This document shows positions 1-10,319 of a DNA stretch of 64,000 bases, in pieces (position 1 is the stretch's first letter; the number at the start of each line of letters is the position of its first letter). The notes under the pieces were generated by a model, which had not been told where the DNA came from, did not search any database, and worked only from the letters and a program-made list of their open reading frames with translations. The stretch comes from Myxococcales bacterium (GTDB lineage: Bacteria; Myxococcota_A; UBA9042): positions 21,990-85,989 of the forward strand of contig JAGSHB010000002.1 of assembly GCA_023954815.1 (NCBI GenBank), in the 5' to 3' direction. The position numbers and the translations under genes were made by a program.

Positions 1-754
1 ACGGTATGATGGCGGCGCAGATGCCTTGTCAGATGTCACCCTCCGCGTGCGTGAAGGCGAGTTCGTCTTTCTCACGGGGCGCAGCGGAGCGGGCAAGTCG
101 ACCCTGTTGCGGTTGCTCTTGGTCATGGAGCGCGTGACGGAAGGGCAAATCCTCATCGGAGGGCGCAACATCCACGTGCTGCGCGACGGCTCGGTTCCCT
201 ACTTGCGACGCAATATCGGCGTTATCTTTCAGGACTTCCGCCTCATCCCCAATCGCACCGTGTGGGACAATGTCGCCATCGGCATGCAGATTTTGGGGAT
301 GGGACGCAAAGAGACCGAGCGGCGGGTCGGCCAACTGCTCGAAGCGATCGGTTTGGAGCAGCGCAAACATGCCTTGCCCCGTGATCTATCCGGCGGTGAA
401 CAGCAGCGCGTTGCGATCGCCAGGGCGCTGGTCAACGAACCGGCGATTTTGTTGGCTGATGAGCCCACCGGCAACCTCGATCCGCAGTTGAGTCTGGAGA
501 TCATGGATCTGCTGCTCGAGATCAACCGGCGCGGCACGACGGTGCTGGTGGCGACACACAATACAGGGCTGATCGAACGGTATGGGATGCGGACATTGGA
601 GCTCGAAGCTGGCCGATTGCTCCACGATCACCCCCGCCGAGAAGGCCTGACCAACGAGCAGTCAAACTCCGCAACGTGGGATTTGGCGAGGACCACCGCC
701 ACAGAGGCCGCACAAGCGCCAAATGATGCATCCCCGACGGAGGTTTCGCCGTGA
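1..754 (+). CDS. ftsE: Cell-division ABC transporter ATP-binding protein FtsE (5' end cut by window edge)
   Basis: Frame open from window start. Walker A GRSGAGKST, ABC signature LSGGEQQRVAIARAL, Walker B LLADEPTGNLD. Stop TGA overlaps the GTG of the next gene (GTGA). Confidence 0.9.
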   Translation, partial: RYDGGADALSDVTLRVREGEFVFLTGRSGAGKSTLLRLLLVMERVTEGQILIGGRNIHVLRDGSVPYLRRNIGVIFQDFRLIPNRTVWDNVAIGMQILGMGRKETERRVGQLLEAIGLEQRKHALPRDLSGGEQQRVAIARALVNEPAILLADEPTGNLDPQLSLEIMDLLLEINRRGTTVLVATHNTGLIERYGMRTLELEAGRLLHDHPRREGLTNEQSNSATWDLARTTATEAAQAPNDASPTEVSP

Positions 755-1653
755 GCGCCTTTCTCCGCTTTGGCTACTTCCTGAAGCAGTCGATCCACCT
801 GACGCGGACGTCACCGTGGCTCACCGCTGTGAGTGTGCTGACCCTAGCTGTAAGCCTGTCACTCATCGGTCTGCTTGCGACGGTGCTCTTCGCTGCGAAT
901 GGTCTGATAGACGACCTAGGCGCGCGCCTGACGATCTCCGTCTATGTGGTCGATGGCACGCCCAAAGACCGGATGACCGAAATCGAGACGCGGCTGCGGG
1001 CGCATCCAGGTGTGAAAGCTGTTCGTGCGCTCAGCCGTGAGGCGGATAGGGAGCGTAACCGCAAGCTCTTGGATCCCGAATTGCTCGCAGGACTCGACGA
1101 AGAGGCGATTCCGGGCCAGCCGCTGTTGGAACTGGAACTGGACAGTGGTCTCGCCTCACGTGGCGATCTAGACACGCTGATGAAGTGGGCCGAAAAGACC
1201 CGCGACGTGGAATCGGTCGAAGACGTGGAGTTCGGCGCCGAGAAGTTGCGGCTCCTCTTTGCAGCGGTGGAGATCTTGCGAACGGTCGGCTTCGTTCTCG
1301 CCGCCGTGATGCTGGCCAGCGCGCTGTTTTTCGTCTTTTCGACCATTCGTCTCGGGGTTTTCAGCCGTCGGCAGGAAATCGAAGTGCTGGCCTTGATGGG
1401 TGCAACGCCTCGCTTTATTCGCGCGCCATTTCTACTGGAGGGCGCACTCCAGGGGCTGCTTGGCGCGTTGGTTGCGATGGTTTTTATTGGTTTATTACAT
1501 GCCGAACTTCAGGGGCTCGTGCGCGACATGTACCGCATCAACATGGAGAGCTCGCTCCTTCCGCCGACCATGGTGCTTTGGCTGCTCGTCGGCGGTCCCG
1601 TGCTCGGTCTCATGGCGAGCGGCGTGAGCGTCGGTCGCTACCTGCGGGTTTGA
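751..1653 (+). CDS. ftsX: Cell-division permease FtsX
   Basis: GTG start overlapping the ftsE stop. N-terminal TM segment, large periplasmic loop, three C-terminal TM helices typical of FtsX. Operon position after ftsE. Confidence 0.85.
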   Translation: MSAFLRFGYFLKQSIHLTRTSPWLTAVSVLTLAVSLSLIGLLATVLFAANGLIDDLGARLTISVYVVDGTPKDRMTEIETRLRAHPGVKAVRALSREADRERNRKLLDPELLAGLDEEAIPGQPLLELELDSGLASRGDLDTLMKWAEKTRDVESVEDVEFGAEKLRLLFAAVEILRTVGFVLAAVMLASALFFVFSTIRLGVFSRRQEIEVLALMGATPRFIRAPFLLEGALQGLLGALVAMVFIGLLHAELQGLVRDMYRINMESSLLPPTMVLWLLVGGPVLGLMASGVSVGRYLRV

Positions 1654-1657
1654 GACC

Positions 1658-2884
1658 GTGCGTGCTTGTCTACTCGCCGCGATGCTCGTCGTTCTGCCAA
1701 CCGGTGGAGCGTTTGCCGCCGCCCATGCCCCATTGCCCAAGCAGGCGACAGTAACGACCGCACATCACCCCCAAAAACCGGCGCCCCTACGCGTCGCCGG
1801 TCCCGACAAAGCGCCGCTGGCCCAACAGCAGCACCCCAACGCGCTGTCGCCTGCCGAGCGGGCCGATCTGCATGCTCGCTACCACAAAGTCCTCGCTGAA
1901 GAGCTGGGCCTGCTCCGTGCCCTCGATCGTCTCGATAGCGACGCGGTGCAGGCCAGCAAACGACTCGCGCGGCTGTCCCTGGAACGAGCCGACGCGACGG
2001 ACACCCTACGCACAGCAGAGACAGGGCGAGCGGCGGCCGAGAGAAGGCTAGCCGAGATGCGAAAGGCGGTGAGAGCCCGGCTGCGTGCCCTGCTGCGTTT
2101 GCGGCGGGTTCCGGCGTTACGCTTTGTGCTGTCTGCGCGCGATTTTGCCACCTCGGTGACGAAAGACCGGGTGCTCGGCAAGCTCGTCGAGGGAGACAGG
2201 GCACGTCTCGCGCGGTACCGGGCGCAGGTCAGCCGGGTGGCGGCGGTCACGCGCAAACGCGATGCGGACTTGGCGCGCCTCAACAAGCTCAATCGCGATG
2301 TGCACGATGAAAAGGCCAAGATTGAGCGCCAGCGCAACGACAAGCTGGCGCTGATCCGGCAGATCGAGGCGGATCCTATCTATAACGAGCGCGCCAGACG
2401 CGACATGGACGCGGCAGACCGGGAGATGGTCGAGAAGATCGAGACCCTCAAGCAGTGGCGCGCTCGGCGGTACACGTTCGGCCGTGTGAAAGGCAAACTG
2501 CTACCCCCCCTGACCCGCTACAGCGTGGAGATTCCTTTTGGGCCCCGCCGTCATCCCCGATTTGGCACGGTCACCTGGCATCGCGGCATCGATTTCCGCG
2601 TGCCAGCGAAGTCGAAAGCGCTGATTCGGGCTGTATTTTGGGGCCGTGTGGCCTATGTCGGCTGGCTGGTGGGGTATGGCACGACGATTATCGTCGACCA
2701 CGGCAAGGGTTGGCACACCGTCTACGCCCATGTCCGCGATGTGCAGGTGAAGCCCCACCAAGTCGTTCGTACGCGACAGGCGATCGCCACAGTAGGTGCC
2801 TCGGGTTCATTGAAGGGCCGCTACCTCTACTTCGAGATCAGAGAAAATGGCCGCGCGCAGAACCCAACTCGCTGGTTTCGGTAG
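1658..2884 (+). CDS. EnvC-like coiled-coil M23/LytM peptidase (murein hydrolase or activator)
   Basis: Starts 5 nt after ftsX. Signal peptide, long coiled-coil region, C-terminal LytM domain with HRGID (HxxxD) and HTVYAH (HxH) motifs retained. Confidence 0.8.
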   Translation: MRACLLAAMLVVLPTGGAFAAAHAPLPKQATVTTAHHPQKPAPLRVAGPDKAPLAQQQHPNALSPAERADLHARYHKVLAEELGLLRALDRLDSDAVQASKRLARLSLERADATDTLRTAETGRAAAERRLAEMRKAVRARLRALLRLRRVPALRFVLSARDFATSVTKDRVLGKLVEGDRARLARYRAQVSRVAAVTRKRDADLARLNKLNRDVHDEKAKIERQRNDKLALIRQIEADPIYNERARRDMDAADREMVEKIETLKQWRARRYTFGRVKGKLLPPLTRYSVEIPFGPRRHPRFGTVTWHRGIDFRVPAKSKALIRAVFWGRVAYVGWLVGYGTTIIVDHGKGWHTVYAHVRDVQVKPHQVVRTRQAIATVGASGSLKGRYLYFEIRENGRAQNPTRWFR

Positions 2885-3075
2885 GCGGATCGCCCTGAGG
2901 CGCGGCAGCCAACAAGCCACAACCCCCGTCATTTAGTGTTTGTTATAGGCCGTGATCCCCCGCTCTCAGCCCCCCCCGAATACACCGGCTTTCGTCCGGC
3001 CTCGATCCCGGCTATCCTCGCGCCGACCATCACCCTCGGCCCGTCCAATGACGGGCCAGCGCGAGGCGCGAACCG

Positions 3076-4770
3076 ATGCCGATCCCTGCCCACCCCACAC
3101 GCGTGCTGCTGCTTTGGCGCCAGACCGCGACCTGTCTCGCCGTAGTTGTCCTGTGCGCGCTGTCCGCACGTCAGGCGCAAGCGGCTCATCCCGTGCTCGA
3201 TCAGGCCAATGCCCTGATTGAAAATGAGCAGTTCCCAGACGCGTTCGGCAAAGTCGCGACGCTGCTGCCGACCTTGCCGCCCGGTGATGCGAACCTTTTT
3301 GCAGCCCATTTCACCATGGGCAAGATCCTCATGGGTCTCGGGCTGTACCAGTCGGCCCTGCGCAGCTTCGATGAAGTCGCTGTCGGCCCCGGTCACGCGC
3401 TGTACAACGTGAAAATGCGTGCCTACCTGGACATCCAGCACCACCTGCCCGGCAACTTGGCGACCGTCGAGCGGTTGAGCGAGGCGAAAGAGTCAGCCTT
3501 CAAGCGCGAAGATTTGCCTGAGATTCGCTACCTGCTTGGGCGCTACCACTTCGACGCCTCGGAGCACAAAAAAGCGCTGACGGACCTCAAGAAGGTGACT
3601 CCACAAGGCGGTGAGTTCTATCTCAAGTCCCGTATTTTAATGGGGATCACCTATGTCATCGGCAACTCAGCACGCCCCGCGCTGGAAGCCTTCAAGGATG
3701 TGCTGCGGTATGCCGATCGTGTGGGCCGGCCCGATTACTACGCGCCCTACGAGCAAAAAGCCCTGATGGCGCTCGGGCGGCTGTTCTTCTCGATCCGCAA
3801 GTACGAGACCGCCGGTCGCTACTACGATCGCGTTCGCGAAGGGACGACGCCGTGGCTCGATTCGCTGTTCGAGCTCGGCTGGACCTACTTTCACTTGCGG
3901 CGCCTCGACCGCGTGCTGGGGCAGCTGCACACGCTGAACTCGCCCTATTTCGAAGATCGCTACTACCCAGAGGCGCGGGTGCTCGAAGCCCTGATCTTGT
4001 TCCGGACCTGCCGTTTCCCAGAGACGCTGGTCGTGGTGCAGCGCTTCTTGCGCGACTACAAACCCCTGCGAAAGGAGCTCGATAACCAGCTCGGCGGCAG
4101 CCGGTCTGACGCAGAGTTCTACTGGTACTTGGCTTCGCTAGCGGCCGATAAAGAGGGGCTGAGTGTCGCGCTTCGGCGGATCTTCAACGCGGCGCTCAAC
4201 GACCACGAGCTGCAGCGGGTATTCACCCTCGTCGCAAAACTCGGCGCCGAGCAGGCCGGTCTGGCCAAACTCAAGCGCAATACGTCGGCGCCGAAAGCTG
4301 CGCAGCTGCTCGTCGACGATCTCGGCCGCGTGCGTAATGTGATGATCAGCGAAGCGGGGGCCATGGCGCGCCGCCGGCTGACCCAGGTGCGCTCGGAGCT
4401 GACGGAGATCATTCGCCAGGGCTTGCGCATTAAATACGAGACGCTCAAGGCACGCCGGAACTCGATCAACGACGAAGTGCGCGTGTCCATGGCCAAAACC
4501 GCCGCCGCCGCGAGCGAGCCACGCGCCAAAGACGATGAGCATGTCGTGTGGCCATTCGACGGCGGCTACTGGCGTGATGAGCTCGGTGGCTACACCTACG
4601 ATATTCGCTCTCGTTGCCAGAAAAAGCACTTCCCGCCGGGATGGAAGCCCAAGGCTGGCGCACCGAGAAAGGCCTCACCTAAGCCCGTAAAATCCGCAAA
4701 AAAGGCGGCAGCCTCGCCTGCCAGCGCCACATCCAAAGCCCCAGGTTCAAAGCCTGCGGGTGGTAAGTAG
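3076..4770 (+). CDS. Secreted TPR-like repeat protein with C-terminal Lys/Ala/Pro-rich tail
   Basis: ATG at 3076. Signal-peptide-like N-terminus (LAVVVLCALSARQAQA). Helical-repeat composition. C-terminal low-complexity KPKAGAPRKASPKPVKSAKKAA tail. Confidence 0.55.
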   Translation: MPIPAHPTRVLLLWRQTATCLAVVVLCALSARQAQAAHPVLDQANALIENEQFPDAFGKVATLLPTLPPGDANLFAAHFTMGKILMGLGLYQSALRSFDEVAVGPGHALYNVKMRAYLDIQHHLPGNLATVERLSEAKESAFKREDLPEIRYLLGRYHFDASEHKKALTDLKKVTPQGGEFYLKSRILMGITYVIGNSARPALEAFKDVLRYADRVGRPDYYAPYEQKALMALGRLFFSIRKYETAGRYYDRVREGTTPWLDSLFELGWTYFHLRRLDRVLGQLHTLNSPYFEDRYYPEARVLEALILFRTCRFPETLVVVQRFLRDYKPLRKELDNQLGGSRSDAEFYWYLASLAADKEGLSVALRRIFNAALNDHELQRVFTLVAKLGAEQAGLAKLKRNTSAPKAAQLLVDDLGRVRNVMISEAGAMARRRLTQVRSELTEIIRQGLRIKYETLKARRNSINDEVRVSMAKTAAAASEPRAKDDEHVVWPFDGGYWRDELGGYTYDIRSRCQKKHFPPGWKPKAGAPRKASPKPVKSAKKAAASPASATSKAPGSKPAGGK

Positions 4771-4780
4771 GAGGGCTGGC

Positions 4781-7700
4781 ATGAAGTCGAGTTGGCTACA
4801 ACACACCGCCCTAATGATCGCCGTCCTGCTGATGGCGTTTGCACCGCCTGCGTTTGCGAAAGGCAAGCGTCGAGCCAAGGGCAAAGCCTCTGGCGAGGTC
4901 ACCCTCTTCAGCCGTCCAGGGTCCAAAAAGGGCAAGAAGGGCAAGAAGGGCAAGGGCGCTGCCAAGCAAAAGAAGAAGAAGGTCGCTGCGGTGCCCAAGC
5001 GGGTGACTGCCGCGCGGGCAACGCGCGGAAAAGCGAGCGTCGAAGACATCGATGATGAGGTCGACATCCTCCGTGAGTTGTTGGAGATCGAGCGCGGCTC
5101 CCCCAGTGAGGCGGACACGCTGCTGGAGCTGTCCTACGTGCTCTGGGACCGCGCCGCCGCCTACGAGATGGAGGCCTACGACACCTACTACACGGTGGGT
5201 ATCGCCAAGGCGAAGAAGGCGGGCAACAAAGCCAAGGCCCACCGTCTGAAGATCGAGCAGCAGAACCTGCTGGAGCAGTCGCGCGGCACAAAGAATAAGG
5301 TCATCGACTACCTCAAACGGGTTGAGCGCCGCTTCCGTCGCTTTTCGAAACTCGACGAAGTGCTCTACGCGTTGGGCTTTCACCTCAATGAGATGAACCG
5401 CCACGGTGAAGCAGTCGACGCGTACATGCGCTTGGTTCGCAAGACGCCCAAGAGCGCCTACATCCCTGACGCGTACCTCGGTATTGGCAACTACTACTTT
5501 GGTAAGAACCAGGGTGGCGAGGCCATGAAGTGGTTTGAAAAGGTCAAGAAATTCCCACAGTCCGGTGCCTATGGCTGGGCGCTCTACTACGAGGCGTGGG
5601 TCCACTACAACCGCCAGAACTACCGCGGCGCAACGAAGGCTTTTGTGCGGGTGCTCGAGTACTCGGTCAAGGAGGCCAAGGGCCGTGTCAGCTTCTTGGC
5701 CGACGGCACCAAATACATGGTCCGCTCCTGGTCGGAGTATGGCGATCCTCGCCAGGCCGGTGCGTTCTTCAAACAGTCGGTTCCCGGCCAGGAAGAGCGC
5801 TTGCTCGACCAGTTGGCGCGCTACTACCTGTCGACCTCGCGCTACAAGGACTCAAACATCGTCCTGAACTCGCTCATCAAGCTGAAGTGGGAAGACAAGC
5901 AGGTAGTCGAATACCTCTTCATGGCGGTGGAAAACACCTACAAACAAAACGACCTGCCGGGCACCATCAGCGCCATCGAGCGGCTGAGTGAGGGCCTGCA
6001 CAAACACGGCACGAGCCACAAGCGCAGCGGTGATATCGCCATGCTGCTCGCCGAGATGGCGTCGAACTACCACGCCGAATCCGAGCGCACATTGGACAAC
6101 CAGGTGTTGGCCTACGCTGAGAAGATCTACCTCAGCTACCTGACCTTCTACCCCGACCACAAAGTCAGCTACGACATGCGTCACAACCACGCGTTGGCGC
6201 TCTTTCAGCTGGGACGCTGGGTGGAGTCAGCCAAAGAGTACGAAAAAGTCATCGAGGCCAAGGGTCCAACGGGTAAATACGCCGAGCCGAGCGCTCACCG
6301 GGCGCTGATTTGCTACCTCAAGACTGAGAAACTCAACGAAGAGACAGCAGCCAAAGACGACGACGAGATGTACAAGGCGAAGGCGATTCGTCCCGACAAA
6401 GAGAAGATTGTGCATGCCTGCGAACGCTACGTGGACATCGCTCAGCGTCAGAAGAAGAAGGAAGACGTGCCTGAGGCGCTGTTTGTGCTCGCTCGGATCT
6501 ACTACCAGCACAATCAGTTCGACAAATCAGGTGCCCGCTTCGCCAACTTCGTGACCAACTACCCCGATCACAAGCTGTCGCTCGATGCAGCGCGCCTCAT
6601 GCTCTCGAGTTTCAGCCTCGGTCAAGACGGCAACAACCTGATCAAGTGGACGGATATCCTCATCGCCAAGCCGCACTTCAACCAGGGTCGTCTGGGCGAG
6701 ATCTTGACTGCGATTAAGGAAAATGAGGACTACAACCGTTGCTTGTCGCTCAAAGATCAGCCAATGAAAGCGGCCAAGTGCCTGCTGAAATACGCCCGCG
6801 AGTACCCCAAGGGCAACATGGCGATTCGGGCGATGACCGGTGCCGCTGCCTTTTACCGGCGTGCGCGAAACCGCAACAAGGTTATCGAGATCTACAAGGC
6901 GATCGCCAAACGCTACTCGTCGGACGCGCGTGCGCCTGATGCCCTGTACGAAATCGGTGAGATTCACCGGGAGACTGCGCACTTCATCAAGGCGGCTGAG
7001 GCCTACGAGTACATGGCCGACACCTACCCGAAGGCCGATCTCTCGAAGGCGGCGCTGCAGCGTGCGGCGTTGATTCGTGATGGCTTGGGCCAGGACAAGA
7101 AGGTCATCGCCAACGCCTTCCGCGCGCTGAAGATGAAGAAAAAGCGCCTGAAGAAGGGCGAAGATCCCGATCCGGCCGACGCGATTGAAGCGGCTGAGGT
7201 GGCCTACCGCCTGACCGTGGTCTACCTGCGGAAGAAGCAGTGGCGGCAGGCGGTGATCTCGGCCAATGGCTTCGTGAAGAGCCGTACAGACCTGCCGCAG
7301 TACTTGCGTTTGGCAGCGCTGTCGAACATGGCCAACGCCTGGATGAACATCCGCCGCGGCGCGACGAAGGCGAAGAAGTACCTGGAAGAGGTGGAGGCGA
7401 TCGCCAACCAGCTCGCTGAAGAAGGCGAGTTCAAGAAGTTGCATCCGCTCGGCAAGGCGGCGATCGCCCAGGCGTTCTTCCTCCGTGGTGAGCTGCTGTA
7501 TCGCTCGATGTTACGCATCAAGATCAAGACCAAAAAGCTCAAAGATGCCGTAAAGTTGGCAACAGAGAAAGCCAAGCGTGCAGCCATGGCGGACAAGTAC
7601 TACCTCACCGTCGAAAAATCGAAGAATCCACGCTGGATCGCTGCAGCTGCCTCTCGGCGTGGTCGCGCTCAGCACGAGATCGGCAACAGCCTAGAGAATC

Positions 7701-8722
7701 TGCCGCCGCCGCGTGCCTTTAGAAAGCGCGAGGAGCTCGTCGAAGAGTGGCGGACCAAGATGACCGAGAAGGCCGAGCCCTATAAGACCAAGGCCATGGA
7801 GCTGTACCGCGCGGCACTCAAGCGCGCAGCAGAGCAGTTCGCGTTCGACACCTACTGGCAGCAGTCCATCGACAGCCTCAAGGAGCTCGACAACAAGTTC
7901 GCTGAAAAGGCGACCATGCCCGAGTTTACGGTCGGGATGAGCAAGGCGAAGTGGATGGGGCCCGAAAAGCCCAACGCTGCAATCCGTTCCCTGCGTTTGG
8001 CGCTCTTTGGGCGGACCCGCAAGACCGACATCATCGCGATTGAAAAGGCAGGCGGCGACCAGCAGGCCGGCAAGTTCGACGTGGCGGCGGCGTTCAAGAA
8101 GCTCGCGTTCGCGCACCACGCCCGCGGTCAAAATCGCCTCGCGGTGATGGTTGGCAACGCTGGCTTGTACGTGAAGCCAGCGCTCAAGAAGGACTCTGAG
8201 CTGCTCACCATGATGGCGCTGAGTCTGATCCGCATCGGGGACATCCAGAAGGGCATGCAGATGTTCAAGATGGCCGCCGACAACGATCCGACGGCGACGA
8301 CGCCGCTGCTGAACATGGTGTCGATTCAGATCAAGCGTCTCGACCTCGAGTCGGCGATCGCCCTGCTGCGCAAGGTGCTCAAGCGCGATCCTGGTCACTA
8401 CTGGGCCCAGGTCACCCTGCCGGTCGCGCTGCGCCGAATGGACGACGAAAAGGGTAAGGAAGGCGCCAACGCGACCGAAGCCCTCGCTATCTTAGACAAG
8501 CTCGCTGAGAACAATCCAAAGGGCCTTGAGGGCCATTACAACCGCTGTGTGATCGGCCAAGCGCTCCGTAACAAGGGCAAAAAGCAGGTCACGGAAGCAA
8601 AAGTGGCGTGCGAGGCGGCGCTGAAGGTTGCGACTGGTGCCGGTCCTGGTGGCGCAGCGAAGGCCAAAGAGCTGGCTAAGCGCGTGCAGGGGCTCAAGGA
8701 TGCGCTGGAGTTCATGGAATAA
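4781..8722 (+). CDS. Very large secreted TPR-repeat protein (about 1313 aa) with N-terminal Lys-rich segment
   Basis: ATG at 4781 preceded by GGAGGG. Signal peptide, then KGKKGKKGKG...KKKK segment. Many TPR-like Y/W/A-rich helical repeats. Long uninterrupted ORF. Confidence 0.6.
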   Translation: MKSSWLQHTALMIAVLLMAFAPPAFAKGKRRAKGKASGEVTLFSRPGSKKGKKGKKGKGAAKQKKKKVAAVPKRVTAARATRGKASVEDIDDEVDILRELLEIERGSPSEADTLLELSYVLWDRAAAYEMEAYDTYYTVGIAKAKKAGNKAKAHRLKIEQQNLLEQSRGTKNKVIDYLKRVERRFRRFSKLDEVLYALGFHLNEMNRHGEAVDAYMRLVRKTPKSAYIPDAYLGIGNYYFGKNQGGEAMKWFEKVKKFPQSGAYGWALYYEAWVHYNRQNYRGATKAFVRVLEYSVKEAKGRVSFLADGTKYMVRSWSEYGDPRQAGAFFKQSVPGQEERLLDQLARYYLSTSRYKDSNIVLNSLIKLKWEDKQVVEYLFMAVENTYKQNDLPGTISAIERLSEGLHKHGTSHKRSGDIAMLLAEMASNYHAESERTLDNQVLAYAEKIYLSYLTFYPDHKVSYDMRHNHALALFQLGRWVESAKEYEKVIEAKGPTGKYAEPSAHRALICYLKTEKLNEETAAKDDDEMYKAKAIRPDKEKIVHACERYVDIAQRQKKKEDVPEALFVLARIYYQHNQFDKSGARFANFVTNYPDHKLSLDAARLMLSSFSLGQDGNNLIKWTDILIAKPHFNQGRLGEILTAIKENEDYNRCLSLKDQPMKAAKCLLKYAREYPKGNMAIRAMTGAAAFYRRARNRNKVIEIYKAIAKRYSSDARAPDALYEIGEIHRETAHFIKAAEAYEYMADTYPKADLSKAALQRAALIRDGLGQDKKVIANAFRALKMKKKRLKKGEDPDPADAIEAAEVAYRLTVVYLRKKQWRQAVISANGFVKSRTDLPQYLRLAALSNMANAWMNIRRGATKAKKYLEEVEAIANQLAEEGEFKKLHPLGKAAIAQAFFLRGELLYRSMLRIKIKTKKLKDAVKLATEKAKRAAMADKYYLTVEKSKNPRWIAAAASRRGRAQHEIGNSLENLPPPRAFRKREELVEEWRTKMTEKAEPYKTKAMELYRAALKRAAEQFAFDTYWQQSIDSLKELDNKFAEKATMPEFTVGMSKAKWMGPEKPNAAIRSLRLALFGRTRKTDIIAIEKAGGDQQAGKFDVAAAFKKLAFAHHARGQNRLAVMVGNAGLYVKPALKKDSELLTMMALSLIRIGDIQKGMQMFKMAADNDPTATTPLLNMVSIQIKRLDLESAIALLRKVLKRDPGHYWAQVTLPVALRRMDDEKGKEGANATEALAILDKLAENNPKGLEGHYNRCVIGQALRNKGKKQVTEAKVACEAALKVATGAGPGGAAKAKELAKRVQGLKDALEFME

Positions 8723-8801
8723 TCTCCATCGCTTGAAAGTTACCCGAGCTACCCTCAGTTGTGGTCCTGTCCTGTTGAGATCGCCCTCCCGGAGTTCACC
8801 T

Positions 8802-9851
8802 ATGTTCGCCCGTGTGTTGCTTGCGCTCGTCCTTTGTGTCGGTTGCAGCAAACCCATCCAAGCGCCCAAACCGCAGCCACCACCATCGGTGAAAAAGGAA
8901 GAGGCGCCGGCGCCGGTCAAGAAAGCGGCGGTCAAGGCCCCGGTGAAGCTACCGCCGGGTATCGCGCCGGCGGTGGGCGCTGTGGCGACGGTCAACGGCA
9001 AGGACATCCCTGCGGCGAAGTTCAATACGGACCTGTCGCGGTTGGTCGGGACGGGCGTGCGGGTGCCCAAGGATCGGCTCAAGCACATCGCGCGCAATAT
9101 CCTCAGCCGCCTCATCGAGCAGGAGCTTCGTCGGCAGGCCATCGCGACCGAACGCATCGTGCTGACCGAGCCAGAGTTCGAGGAGGCGTACAAGAAATAC
9201 ACCTCGCGTTATGTCGACAGTGAAGGCCGCTTTGATGAGGTGCAGTTCCGGACCACGCTCAAGCGCAACAACATGAGCCTCACCGAACTCAAAGCCCAGA
9301 TCAGACGCGAGCGCTTGGCCCGAAAGCTGATCGAAAAACTAGGCAATGTCAGCGTCACCGATGCGGAAATGCGGGCGTTTTACGACAATAACAACTCGTC
9401 TTGGGTCGAGGATGAGTCGCGAGACGTGCGTACGATCTTGAGTCGCTGCCCACCGCGCGCCAATGCGGAAAAGGCTGCCGCGTGCAAGAAGAGGGCTGTC
9501 GAGATCTACAGCGCACTCAACGCGGGCGGAGACTTTGAGCAGATCGCTGAACGCTTCGGAAACGTGCCGCCCAGGGCGCCAATGCACCTGACCCGATCAA
9601 GCAGGGATGTCGCGCTGGCCCGTGCTGCTTTTTCGTTGAAGGTTGGCGAGGTGCATAAGCCCATCAAGACCCGGTGGGGCTGGTTTGTGATCCGCCTCAT
9701 CGAGAAAAATAAGGCGCGGGTGCGGGCCTTTGAAGAGGTCGAGGATGACATCAAGACCCGCCTGACGGAGCGTAAGTACTACCTTGAGGGGCTGCGGACC
9801 GTTCGCACCCTGCGCGGCAAGGCCACCATCGTCACGCGGCTGCCATTTTAG
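8802..9851 (+). CDS. Parvulin-type peptidyl-prolyl isomerase lipoprotein (PrsA/SurA-like)
   Basis: ATG at 8802 with GGAG 7 nt upstream. Lipoprotein signal (LCVGCS). SurA-like N-domain. PpiC/parvulin domain (..GDFEQIAERF.., WGWFVIRL). Confidence 0.7.
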   Translation: MFARVLLALVLCVGCSKPIQAPKPQPPPSVKKEEAPAPVKKAAVKAPVKLPPGIAPAVGAVATVNGKDIPAAKFNTDLSRLVGTGVRVPKDRLKHIARNILSRLIEQELRRQAIATERIVLTEPEFEEAYKKYTSRYVDSEGRFDEVQFRTTLKRNNMSLTELKAQIRRERLARKLIEKLGNVSVTDAEMRAFYDNNNSSWVEDESRDVRTILSRCPPRANAEKAAACKKRAVEIYSALNAGGDFEQIAERFGNVPPRAPMHLTRSSRDVALARAAFSLKVGEVHKPIKTRWGWFVIRLIEKNKARVRAFEEVEDDIKTRLTERKYYLEGLRTVRTLRGKATIVTRLPF

Positions 9852-9867
9852 ACCGGCCCTATCGCCC

Positions 9868-10218
9868 TCAATCAGCATGCAATCGCAGCTCGACGCGGCC
9901 GCCTTGCAGTTCCTCGGCGGGCGGGGCTATCGCGGCGAAGTCGATTTCTAGGACGTCGTCTGACCACTGTGCGGTCGCCTTTTGTGCCGGACCGAACACC
10001 AGCCTGCGACCGCTGCGAAGCACCACCTCTCCCGTGAGCAACAGCGGCATTTGCAGACCGCCACGCCCCTCGTCGGCCTTCGCCGTGAGCATCCGACGTA
10101 GGGCCGCTCTGTGCAGCGACGTTTGCAGGAGGCGGCCCTCATCAATGCGCTGCAAGGGCGCGATGGCGAGCGGATAGGGGCGGGCTTGCGGCGCGAGTAC
10201 GATCGTCATGAGCGGCAC
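9868..10218 (-). CDS. Hypothetical small protein (116 aa)
   Basis: ORF only. No recognisable motif. GTG at 10218 or ATG at 10209. Confidence 0.3.
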   Translation of the reverse strand: MPLMTIVLAPQARPYPLAIAPLQRIDEGRLLQTSLHRAALRRMLTAKADEGRGGLQMPLLLTGEVVLRSGRRLVFGPAQKATAQWSDDVLEIDFAAIAPPAEELQGGRVELRLHAD

Positions 10219-10319
10219 GCTAGCACCCCAATCTCCCCACGCAAATTGACGAGATCAGGGCCGATGCGCTACACCCGCGCGCACCTAGGATCTCGCGCGA
10301 CCATCTTCCCGCGCCCCCA

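Noticed and set aside
6527-7444. 305-aa minus-strand ORF (and other long antisense ORFs such as 10785..11447, 24520..25245, 43277..44056 and 33232..34152)
   Set aside because: Arg/Gly/His-rich low-complexity translations lying inside well-supported genes on the opposite strand. This is the typical high-GC stop-codon-poor artefact.
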